Assembly (NCBI GenBank): GCA_020891255.1
Contig: BQFW01000007.1
Coordinates: forward strand, 868,001 to 932,000
Reading direction: 5' to 3'
From: Entomortierella parvispora E1425
Lineage: Eukaryota; Fungi; Mortierellomycota
Length of the DNA: 64,000 bases
Positions within the stretch are counted from its first letter, which is position 1, and the number at the start of each line of letters is the position of its first letter. A program made the position numbers and the translations under genes. The notes under the pieces are model-generated. The model did no database searches and had not been told where the DNA came from. It saw only the letters and a program-made list of their open reading frames with translations. Shown here piece by piece: positions 12,494-23,804 of this stretch.

Positions 12494-13001
12494 ACAACAA
12501 AAAAGATTTTGCGGTCCTTTTGCAAAGACTTTTGATATCCTTCCTTCCTTCATGTTGCATGTCTAACTGAATTCTATACCAAAACGTTATAAAACGCCTT
12601 TCATGACCCTAAAAAAACAAAAAATCATCGCGTTTGGTGGCGAGAGAACAGCACGCAATTTTGGTGGCAAATGGAGGATTATGTCATTTCCATAAAATTC
12701 ACGGTTCATTTTTGTTGAATGGATTTTTATGGACGGCCTATGAGGGCGTGTGTAACATAGTCAGGGCCATTGCCAATGGACCGTCAAAACCAATGAAATT
12801 TTGTTTTCGCCCCTTTTTATCCATTATGAGATGATGAGCCACAGTCCCCCCTGACGGTCTGGCATCGTCTTTGATCAACGACTGCCTGTCGAATCTCCGT
12901 ACGTACTTCTCTCCTCCCTCCCTCCCTCCCCTCCCCTCTCCCTCCTCCCTCTCCTCCCTCTCTTCCCTTTCCTCTCACTCACTGTTTCTCTGTCGTATTT
13001 T

Positions 13002-16000
13002 TCATGTCTGCGTGTGTGAGAGCGTGTGTGCGCACGCGCATGTGTATTTTATTAAAAAAAAAAAAAAAAGGAAAAAAAAAAAAACTATGGTTGCTCTTTT
13101 GCTTTCACCTTTCCTTTTCCTTGCTCTTTTTTCTTCTGAGCTTCCAAACCTCTTGGAAACCTTTTTGGGCAAAAGCTTGTAGTATGCTGCAATTGAGCAA
13201 GAGTTGCAATCTTCCTTCAGCATGTCCTGAAAGTCTTGAAGAGCTTGTGCAATCATAGCCATGTCAATTGGTGTGTTATCCGGGATGTAGCGCAAGACCG
13301 ATTGAACAATCGTCTTCTTGAATAAGTAGAGACCTGCAAACCCGTTTTTCCCATCAGGGTTAGCCGAATTCTTTTCACTGCGCCATAGATTTGAATACCA
13401 TGAATCCATCGTCACGACTGAGGGGCTACCATTGACACCATAGAACCACTCTTGCCAAACCCCCTCTAGCGTGTTTGGCCGAGGGACCAACGTGCACAAA
13501 GGCATGTGCCTGGGCATAGGAGGGTCAACCTCGCCTCTCTCTCTTCTGTAGTGCGCAATTACTACAGCCACAGCTTGGATTTTATCTTGAGTTTTGACAG
13601 AATGGCCGCTGTCATCATGACAACGTGGATGGATAATGGAAGGAGGAGGAGCGACTAAGCTCGATTCTTCTACCCTCGATAATTGCAGGCTGAGAATCGG
13701 GGCACCTGGGGCTTCCTGCTCTTTTGACAGCAGACCCAAACGAGGTAGAACGGACCCTTCAGTGATACTCAAGCCTCCTTGTTCTTGTTCTTGGGTTATA
13801 GAGGTCATCCGACCAGCAGCATCTGACAGAGAGGCCGCTAATGACTTCACTAGGGCATCAATCTTGTCATTCACCTTGCCCATACCTTGAACGACACCCT
13901 CAAGGACATACTGATTACGCTGCTCTGCATGCAAGGCTCGGCGGTCCTGGTAGACTTGGAGCCTCTCAATGTTATCCGAGATCTTGGAGATCGCAGTGCT
14001 CATTGTTTGTTGTCGGGAAGTTTGCTGTGATATGAGGGCATTGGCGGCCTCCAGTTGCCGCTGAATAACAGGTGCCACGGACGTTAGGTTGCTAGGGCGA
14101 AGGGAAGTGTGGGCTAACGTTTCTGCCATCAACTTCTTAAAGGCCAAAAATTCCGGAGACCTGAATACTTCACGCTTGAAAATAGGGTGCCGGGAAGATT
14201 TGTTCTCGGCCAATAAAAAAGACGGCGGCGTCCTGCAGAATGACTTTCCGCAAGTGGGCAAGCAGACAAAGATGCCGTCGACGCGAGATTGCCTCATCAG
14301 AGAGAACTTTCCGTGCAGCCCTTTTCTTGATTTTTTTGATCTTAATATTTTCCTCTTGACGTCCGTAGAATATGCTCCGATCCAGCATGATGTTGTCGAT
14401 GGTCTGGATCCAGAAAGGGTCGTAGTGCTTTTTGTCCTCAGGATTTGAGCATGCACGTTCAATGAATGGGAAGACCATGCGCTGTAGCTCGAGGTCTGGA
14501 ATGACATTACGCTCCAGCCAAAAGTTTTCCGTACGGCCATTCTCAAATCCGGCCATTTGCAACGCCACAGATGCATCGACGCCGTCGAGGTAATGGGTGA
14601 TGAGTCGGTTTGTCCCCCAGCCGCCGTGTTTCGATATATCTTCGTGCGTGGCTCCAGTCAGCCGCGCCAAAAAAGCACCCAGTCGTCTACTGAGATGGGT
14701 TGCTTTGCCTTTGACACCAATGTTGAGATAATCCTGGACCTCGCGTGTCTGCTTGTACTGTGTGGCATATCGTATCTCTGATGTTCGTGTGGTGGACTTT
14801 GACAACAAGTGATAGTTGACCCAGTCGTGATCTTCTACTCTAGGCGGAGGGGCAGCCGATGAGGAAGTAGGCTAGATAATTCAGATTAGAAAGGGGTAGA
14901 GCCTCACCCAGCTCATAAAATGTACGTCATAATCAAAAAGTTCAAACTTACCAACCAGTACTCAAGCAGATAAAAGGCTAGAGCACCGACAGGACACGCT
15001 TCCACGTCTGGGTTTCGTACCACGACATTATATCGGATCTTGCCATTATTGTTCATTTTTCCTTGTCTTGTCATCAAAACCACACCAAGGACGAATTTTC
15101 TCTCCTGCTCCCGATCTTTCCGCACTGGACGTGCAACATTCTGGCCAAAGAGGTCGATCAATCTCATCCTGCGTGTGGTTTCACTGCGGCACATCATAAA
15201 AAATCGAAGGGCGGCGTCAGCTCGATGGCGAAGACCAGTTATCACTCGTGTCCATTTGCTCTGTTCGCCCTGTATATTATGGTGCCAAAAGTGCACCATT
15301 ACCATCTTGACATTCTCCAAAGGGTCCTCCTCGACAAAGTTTGCTGAGCCTTGATCGGTATCTGTCGCTCTCTTCGTGACCGCCACTCTTCTTTCGTAAC
15401 TCGTAATCAGGTCCCTCAGGTAATCCATCGGCTTTCTCTCGAGACACCTGAACATGACTTTGTTGTCTGGGTCCACACGTTGCTGACGGTAGAGTTCTCC
15501 GATGGCGGATGCGTGTAATTTTACCGTTGAGAGAGACGGTGCATTGGCCGGTAATCCCCTGTCGGAATGACATACATTCTCACCGAGGTCGTCATTGACA
15601 CTATCGCTGTCACTATCGTTGTCATCATCAGTGTCGTCGCTATCATGACCATCGCTGTCACTGTCACTGTTGTCGTCGCCTCTTTCTCTCTCGTCTTCAA
15701 TTGCTTTTCTTTTCCCGCGCATTCCAGTAGGTAAAATGATGATACCTGTTAACATGGAAGTTGACATAGAGGTCATTCTGATGAGAATACGTAGACAATG
15801 GAGATACAAAATGTGATTATCGGTTCTTACCCTTGCTTGGGTCCTCTTTCGATGCAGTTAAACAAGTCCAGTAACGCAAGACTTTCTCTTCGATGACGTT
15901 GGCGTCTGAGTATCCAGCTTCCGTGCACCATTTCTAGTCATTAATGAGTTTATGGGTGTTTGTAGTAGACGAATTAGAAAAAAAAAAAAAAAAAAAAAAG

Positions 16001-16588
16001 GATAAAGGGCACTGTCAGCCATGATCAGCCACGATCGTACACTTGGCCCAACTTACAGAGAATACGGCTTGATATCGGTCATAGAGTGCACGCGTCGACG
16101 TCTTGATACTTTCCCTTCGCTGTTCGCGGACAAGTTGCATACAGGCCAACTCCTTTTGTCTCAAGTCAAGCTCATGAGCTTGACGCGCCTTCTTGTCCGC
16201 ATGGAACTGCGCGACAATAGAAGTACTAGACGAGATTCCTTGCGTGTTGTCGTGTTGTCGTGACGCCGCGAGCTCGGACGCGTCGAGTGAATCCTGCAGG
16301 TACAACGAAGCCCAGAGAGATGGAGCATGAGTATATAGGCAAACAGAATGGCATAGAGGCACACAGATGGCACTGTTCATTCCGCAGCATGCGTAGAGCT
16401 GACGTAGTCGAGTCGAGCATTACATTAGATTCACGTTGAGATGAATCGACTTGCTGGGAGCATGGTTGCTGGCCAGTTGTCGGAGGCTCTCGTTTCTGTC
16501 GTTTTCGCGTCCGCTGTTGTTGCTGTTGTTGCTGCTTGGGTTCCTGGGGCGGTTCCTGGTCCTGTTGAGACAATTGATGCTTGGGCAT
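13002..16588 (-). CDS. Ndc10-like tyrosine recombinase fused to GCR1_C-like DNA-binding domain (~1,050 aa if the +1 frameshift is repaired)
   Basis: Exons 16588-16424 (least certain), 16293-16057, 15933-15831, 15745-14952, 14871-13002 with consistent phases. N-terminal ...YDRYQAVFSKWCTEAGYSDANVIEEKVLRY; YR residues MCRS (R), QGKMN (K), CPVGALAFY, THLSR (HxxR), HGGW, THYL (Y); C-terminal TLEGVWQEWFYGVNGSPSV (GCR1_C-like). One extra base in a T6 run at 14215-14220. Confidence 0.85.
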
Positions 16589-16792
16589 TTGGAGAAGGTG
16601 CGCCAATGAAAGAATGTAAAAGAATGATGTAGCAAATGTGCCGCATGCATGAACGGGCCCAGGCGCCTGACAACCCCCCTTTATTCCCGTGGACAAAAAG
16701 AAAATATCTGTTTTTTGGCCCTTGTTCAATTTCATGGGCTGGTTCATCGGGCCAATAATGGACTGCAGGCGCGACGACGATTGGCCGACTTG

Positions 16793-16802
16793 GTCACGTG
16801 AC
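16793..16802. promoter_or_regulatory. Perfect palindromic extended E-box GTCACGTGAC
   Basis: Exact 10-bp palindrome between the divergent recombinase gene and bHLH gene. It matches the CLEAR / Cbf1 CDEI-type consensus; function is inferred. Confidence 0.45.
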
Positions 16803-18418
16803 TTTATGGACCGTCAATGTCCAGGAAGCGTCTCATTCCGTTCAGAATGACCGTTGCCTGTCTTTGCAGAAAAAAAAGGGGGGTTTTCTGTGAGAAAGAG
16901 CAACAAAAACTTCATCGGTTGTGGTTTTTTCTTTTTGTCAGTCAGCCTCGTTGTTCTCCACAACAACAACAAAAACAATCAGTCAATACTGTGCAGTACA
17001 TGTACATGTACGCGCTCGGCAGAGTCATTGTCTGTTTGCGCTGACGTTGTTTCTTGAGGGTGTTGTGTGTTGATGTTGACGGTCCAGATTGTGTTCCTGA
17101 ATGGACTTGTGCAACAGGAGATGCAGAAGGGGGTCGAACGCGTTTTTGCCGCCAAAGCAGAACAGGAGAACAGAAAGAGAGCACACGGAAAAAAAGGTGG
17201 GGGGAGAAAGAGGCGGCAAAGATATTCATGCTGTGTCCCCAGCGATCCCTCGAGGCCGAGGGTTTCTTTTCGTGCAATTGATCGAAAGGGCAAAGAGCAA
17301 AAGGGGTCGAAGGGGAACGATTGCACCAATCGCATGTACGATGATGATGATTGGTGATGGTGATGGTGATGGTGTGGATGACGGTGGTGATGGATGAGGG
17401 CTCAAGGGGGTGGGGGTCAAGTCTGGCTTTGGCTTGCTGGGCTATATGCATCCAATAAAGCAGTAGGGTGATCGTAAAGGGTCTGTCGAATGGATGGAGG
17501 GATGGATGCCGCAGTCCTTGGCCTGTCTGTCTGCACGCCCGCCGGTCCAGAGGTTTTGCCTTGCTCGGAGTGAATGGTGTCACTCCCGCGCATGGGTGGG
17601 TGCATGTCGTTCGTCGCCATTCATTGCCCCCTCATTCGTCACAAGCGGCCTTTTCAAAGGGGACAGACAGGCAACAGAGCATGCGCAAGTTGAATATCCC
17701 CGAGCATGTCGCAATGAAGAAAAGACAAGAGCAAAAGACAAGAGGAACGTCCTTCGGACCATTGCACCATTGCACCATTGCACCTCTTTATTCTTCTTGC
17801 ATCCCAGCCCAAGCAAGCAGACAACCAAGCAGACAACCAAGCAAAGCAACCAAGCCAAGCAAAGCATCCATCCACAACAAACAACCCATCCCCAACACAG
17901 CAAGACACGCCCTCTCTCTCTCACTCTCTCTCTCTCTTCACCCCCCAGCCAGCCCCTTTCTTTTGTTTCCTTCGTCCTTGGTGGCACACACCCTTTTGTC
18001 ATCCTTCCTCTTTCTTCGTCTTCCTCTTTTTCCTCTTCTTGTCCTCATTTTCCTTCTCTCCTCCTCACCTCATCTTACCCTCACCTCACCTCACATCGCC
18101 CTGGTCTTTCTCCATATCAACAACACGACCCTTCCCTTCGTTTCCTTCCTTCGCTGCTAGTCTGCCCGATAGCCCTGTCCCTGTCCCTGTCCCTGTTCTT
18201 TCTTCTTCTCCCCCCAGCCATCCGCCCCTTAGCTCCTTTCCCCCCCTCCTTCTTGTCCTTCCCCCGTCGGAGAAGCAAAAAAACACATAACACGTTCCTC
18301 GCCTGTGCTCTCTGTCGTGTCTGTTCGCGTTCGCTTTCCCCTCCATTAGCCAAGACACGCACGCCATCCGCGCCATTCCCCCTTTTCTCTTTTCTCCTCT
18401 TCTTCTTTTCGCATTGCA

Positions 18419-20868
18419 ATGTTCACTCAGCAACACATTCCGCAGTCCTCACAGCCGATGCGATTGCACTTTCCAACACCTTTTCATTTGCAGCAAGTCA
18501 ACAAGCAGCAGTTCCACGGACAGAACCAGCAACAGCAACCGCAGCAACCACTTAGACAGCAGCAGACCATGCCCATGCCCTTTCATTCCCACCAGCACAA
18601 CCACAGCAACGTCAGTACCAACGGCGGCACACCCAACAACACGTACGCGGGCACGATCGATCCCGGTCTTCTCCAAATGACTATGAACGGCGTCGAAGGC
18701 CAGCTCCAGGGAATGGGACAGCTCTTTTCCAACTCGACCTCAGCCTCCTCCATCGCGTCGCTGGCCAACGGTGGTAGTCACGGCCACTTGAACGGAAACC
18801 ATGCGCCCTCGGCCCTGAGTCGAGGTAGCCTTGGCAGCAAACGCAACAGCAGCAACTCCAATAGCAATGTCGCCATCAAGCAAGAGGCGGGTTCGCCTGA
18901 TTTTTTGGCCCAAGAGATGGATTTCGGCGAGCCTGGGAACATGCTTTCTCAGGGCTCTAGTTCGCCTCAGAACGATTTTGATAGCGCGGACGACTTTACT
19001 GTTATTGGTGCAGCCACAGGGGGATTGTCGGCAGCCTCCCACGGTGGTGCTGGCAATGGTGGCGCGACGCGACCGATGCCGATGAATTTTCACCATCAGG
19101 GCTCCTTTGGCGATTCTCCTGGGAATGGGTCGTTGTACTCGCCTGTCGAGTCGGACTTTTTCCCAGAGGATTTTAGCTTGCCCAACAATAGAGGGCTTGA
19201 TATGCGCTTTGGTCGACCGATGCACCAGGGATCTCTCCCGGTCAGCAACGACCCTTTCCACAGCATGTCGATGCCAGTACAGCGATCCAACTGGTTTGGA
19301 GCTCCAGACGGCCATGTTATTGGCTCTTTCGAGAACACTGGTCTTCACTTTCCGACAGGCGAGCGCTTTGACGACGATGGCGAGCACAAGTAAGTCCATT
19401 TGTCTCTAGTATTGTCTCAATTGGGTGAGAGGGAGGGCTGGAGGAGAAGCTAGGCGGAGGAGCGCGTCAGTGACTCAGAGAAGAGGACAGGCTTGGATGC
19501 CACGAGGCAGGCCAGACGGTGTGTTGCTCAGCAAAGACCACTGTCGTCATCCGGATACGTGTTACGAGCATGTTTTTCGGAGAAAATTGGTACTGTTTCA
19601 ATAGGGGTAAGGAGTGTCGATTGGAGTTGCATGCACATCACCGCTTCCATGAGACAAAAACTTCCTTACTCACGAGCAAAGAGGCGATGCTGTGGTGAAG
19701 AGGATGAGGGCGAATACTAAGTAGGGGTTGAGTAGGCAAAGGTTGCGTGGAGTATTGAGTATTGCGCTGCTCTATTCATATCTCCTTCTTGGTGATGTTG
19801 TGGATGTGTGCGCGTGTGTGCTTGTTTGGTTGTTCTGGTGCATGGCAATGCATGTCCGTTCATGCAAGGCAACACAGTTGGTAGGTCTGACTGCACCCCC
19901 TCCTTTTACAACCCCTTGTTTTCTTTCTTGTGAGCTGTCGATTTGTCTTCCCCCCCACCCCAGCCAGCCCTCCATCCAATGATCCCTCTTTTCGTCTGTG
20001 CCGCACCTTTTTTTCTGCTGCGACTGGAAAGCCCACGTTGAGTTGCCTCACTTTTTTTTTATTTTCTTTCGCTCTTCTTTGTCTTGCTCCTCGCGCAGAA
20101 AAAAAGGGGCTACAGCAACACAAGAAAAAAAAATCGAATGCAAACAACAACAAAAAAAAGTTGGGCAGGGACAGCGTGAACGAGAATGGCGGGGGCAAGC
20201 GGCAGAAACTTTTTGAGGATCAACACAACGTCATGCAGCATAGGGTGTGTGTTGCAAACAGAGAGAAAAAAAAACAGGGGTGACACCCTGCATGCGCCAT
20301 GGTTGTCCGAGGAAAAAAAAACTGCCAGCTTTTTGCTAACTACCAACGATATATCCTGTTTACTGATGTGTCTGCTCACAGGGGAAACAACCGAGCGCTT
20401 CTTATGAACGAAAAGAGACGGAGACGCCGCGAGAGCCACAACGCCGGTAATTATTGGGTTTAGACGCCGTGTGTCCCTTCGTTTTTTTTTTTTTCACCCC
20501 TGCTAATAGTCTTTTGGGATATTCTAGTTGAACGTCGACGACGAGACAATATCAACGAAAAGATTCAAGAGTTGTCAACATTACTGCCCGAGGTCTACGT
20601 GGACAGCGCCAACAAGCCCAACAAAGGCGTGATTCTTCGCAAGTCTGTTGATTATATTCGACATCTTCAACAATTGGTGGCGTCACAGACGAGTCGGAAC
20701 CAAGAGCTGGAAGCGCAACTCCAGGGTCGCAACTCGACATCCCAGAATGGAAATGAGGATAGAAATGGCTCTAATGTCCCAAGCCCAGGCCCGCAGCTGC
20801 AACAAGGGTTTGGCATGATGCGGATCATGTCCAGCGGCAACGTCAATGAAAGCCAAGGCCAAAACTAA
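18419..20868 (+). CDS. Class-B bHLH-Zip transcription factor (MiT/TFE-Rtg3-USF-like)
   Basis: Exons 18419-19389, 20382-20446, 20528-20868. The spliced basic region is [33 protein letters not shown]...[17 protein letters not shown] (H-E-R contacts), preceded by a Q/N/S-rich activation-like N-terminus. Confidence 0.88.
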
Positions 20869-21602
20869 AACGGTCCTTCGCAAATCAAAGACCACGGACT
20901 AGACTGCGACGGACGATGACGACGAGGATTACGACGACGTTGGATGATGAGATCCTTCTTGTATTGCACAGTGTATATATACCATTTTTTTTTTTGCCGC
21001 CACCGCTGTTTTTTTCGCTTTTTCTTTCTTGCTTTCAACCTCCATGCCAACGCAAACGCAATGACCACATGGGCTAACGACACAGGCAGGACGACTCAAT
21101 ACCTCCAACCGACAAACGACGATATCACAACCCCATTTCCGACCGATAGGCCTTTTCTCTTCACCATAGCAAACATAACTCTTACAACAACAACAAACAA
21201 CACACAGACATCTCAAGGCCTTCAGTCCACGCTCAGGCACATGTGCAATCTCCCTTTGATCCCTCCAACCCAAGTTATGATCTCCTTTTTTGTGGCAGCG
21301 ATCCTGCGCCCAACCTTTTCTGATTTTTTTCCCGCCAAACCGAGCTTTTGATGCACTCCAGCACCAAGTCCTCGATGCTTTCTTCCTTTCTCACCCTTAT
21401 CGGATTTGTATATTTTTCTCTCCTTTGAATATCACCAATTTTTTGTTTTACCCCTTTCCCCCTTCAGTCCCCCCCCTGCCCTACCCTTTTTTTTGACCCC
21501 ATATGACTTTTCCCCCCCTTGGATGATGAATTTGTATCAATAAAAAATCCATCACATAGCCATATTGTCGTTAATTGACATCATGTTTATTCTTCTAATT
21601 TT

Positions 21603-22807
21603 TTACTGTTTCTTGGGAGCGACAATTGTAGTCCTCTGCCTCGTTGTCGTTGTTGTGGTCGTTGTTGTGGTCGTAGAGTTTCCACTGGAGAGCTTCTCGG
21701 TGGACGAAATTGTAGACTGTTCTGACGACGTTGAGATCTTGGCGAGCTTCTCGGACCGCTTAACGTACGCCTCGAGACCAATGCCCGAGAAGACGACAGC
21801 GACCATGACCCACTGTTGAGGGTTCAGCTTGTGACCATAAGCGACCACGGACAACAAGATCGTGAACAGTTTCCTGGTCACCGTGACCGTGACCAAGGAC
21901 AAGGATCCATAGTGTTCCAGGGTATAAAAGATGAAGCACTGACCCAAAGCACCACAGATCGAGAACAAGGCGACATCCTGCAAGATGGCTGGGTGGGTCT
22001 TGCAGAACTGCACGGCCATGGCCAACTCTGAGTTTGCTCCATGCAAGACGCCAAAGAACAGGAGCCAGCCTGCCATAAACGCCGTCATGAACATGTTCAT
22101 AAAGCACATCATTTGTTGTCCAGAGACTTTGAAGCGATGAAAGATCTGATCCTGGGTCGAGTTGGTCACACCGTCCAAGGTCAAGTTGATCGCCACCAGG
22201 AACAAGCCATAGAGCGAACTGTTGACGGCGCCCTTCTTGCTGGCCTTGTGCTCGTCCAAGGGGGCCAACAACATGAATCCAGAGACGCCCAAGGTGATCA
22301 GGATCACACAGACATACTTGTACAAGGGGAACTTGCGTCGGTAGAGAACAATGTTCATCAACATGACGGGGATCAACTTGCAAGACTTTGTCAAGATCAT
22401 GGTCGGGTAGTCGATGTGCTTCAAAGCCGCATAGGAGAAAGGAGAGGCGACGCAGGCGATCACAGCGACTTGAGCGTATTTGGCGAGGAGAGAAGGTGTA
22501 GGGGCGGGTGAAAGGAGAGATTTGCGCTGGACGAGAAGATAAACGTAGGCGATCAGGGAGGCAAAGATGGCCTGGATGAGGTTGAGGACGATAAAGAACT
22601 TGAATTTGATGGCATCCTGTCCGTAAGGTGTGGTCGAGACTTTCTCTTGGTAGTAGCCCCAAGTCAGGAAGCATGTGTAGATGCTAAAGCAAGGAAAGGA
22701 ATGTTAGCAATGAATGCAGTACGAGGCCATGCATTTCGATCAGAGACAGGATGACGGGGAGGACAAGACTAGACATACCCAGCTACGCAGGCAGCTAAAC
22801 GGAGCAT
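21603..22807 (-). CDS. HUT1: UDP-galactose/nucleotide-sugar transporter (Hut1/SLC35B1 family)
   Basis: Exons 22807-22779 and 22683-21603. MLRLAACVAGIYTCFLTWGYYQEK...YPTMILTKSCKLIPVM...LDGVTNSTQD...GQCFIFYTLEHYGSLSLVTVTVTRKLFT are UAA-transporter motifs. Confidence 0.9.
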
Positions 22808-23041
22808 TGTGAAGGGGAAGCACAGGAGAAAGAGGAGAAGGGATGGATGAGGAAGCAAGGAAGCAAGAATGCTCTTGCCTAGGGTCGTCTGAATATATGA
22901 AAAGACGCAGAAAAGGAAAGGCTCCCTTGTTGCGCTGGCACCCGCTCAATGGCCACTTGATCTACGAGTCACATGACGTATTGACGCAGCACTTGCGATG
23001 GAGGAAGAAGAAGAAAGAAGCCAAAAAGAGACTGGACGCAG

Positions 23042-23063
23042 GAGAGAGAGAGAGAGAGAGAGA
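23042..23063. repeat. (GA)11 microsatellite in the HUT1/MAPK divergent promoter
   Basis: Direct count. Confidence 0.85.
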
Positions 23064-23804
23064 GTGGCTGCATCTGTCTGCATGTGCCTGTGGCATGCAG
23101 CGCTCATCCTCTTGTTTTCACTCGCCAACAGCAAGCAAGGGACCAAGCCAGCCTCGAGCCCATTCCTTGCTTATTCTTGTCTTGTCCTGTCTTGTCTTGA
23201 CTTGCCATTCTCTCTTTTCTCTTTGCTCCTTCACTCCTCGCTCTCTGCCCCTCACCTCCCCTTTGCACTCACTCACGGCTCACTCTACGAGGTACTTGCT
23301 TGGTCTCTCCTCTGTTCAATTGCCTGCCATATCCTTCTATCCTTCCTTCAAGCGCCCTTTGTCGCGTACATATGCCTCTTTGACCTCGACCGTGGTTGGC
23401 TGCTTGCTAGCACCCGATCGATCCTTTATCCCCCTTCGCTCTCTCCTTCCCTCGCTCTGCCCATTACGTTAGAGTGGACCTGATATCTGCAACGGTGCCT
23501 GCTTTCTAACGTCTCGTTCTTTTATGCATCCATTCGATCAGTCAAGCCCGCATTCAGGACAAATTAGCATCTTTTTCATTCTTTTCTTTCTAGACCTCCT
23601 CTTCCCCCCCTTTTTCTTTCTGCAACGAGTAACTGAACCACCAAACAGTCGCCCAACAACAACCACAGCAGCGTAGCCACAGCCGCAACCGTCTGCCCTT
23701 TCGCCCTTTTGTTGTCATTGCTTTTCTCTTTTCGCTTTTCACTTTTCCACACAGCAACACACAGCAACACACAAACCTTGGTCAACAACCTCCTCCTTCT
23801 CGCC

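Larger units (their letters stand above)
12776..17086 (-). mobile_element. Crypton-type tyrosine-recombinase DNA transposon (CryptonF-like), putative extent
   Basis: Contains the intron-bearing YR/Ndc10-like plus GCR1_C gene. The boundaries are inferred only from repeated TGGACCGTCAA motifs (12777-12787 +, 16807-16817 +, 17076-17086 -). No transposase, reverse transcriptase or long TIR is seen. Confidence 0.65.

Noticed and set aside
14214-14220. UUUUUUA heptamer (HIV-type -1 slippery site) at the Crypton lesion
   Set aside because: The phase is wrong for -1 frameshifting. Reaching the downstream frame needs a +1 shift.
15590-15680. Short regularly spaced repeats suggesting a CRISPR-like or satellite array
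   Set aside because: These are in-frame Asp/Ser codon repeats in the recombinase linker, with no spacer structure. Eukaryotic context.
17417-18436. Overlapping 100-350 aa ORFs upstream of the bHLH gene
   Set aside because: Stop-poor CT/GA low-complexity promoter and UTR sequence with non-protein-like translations.
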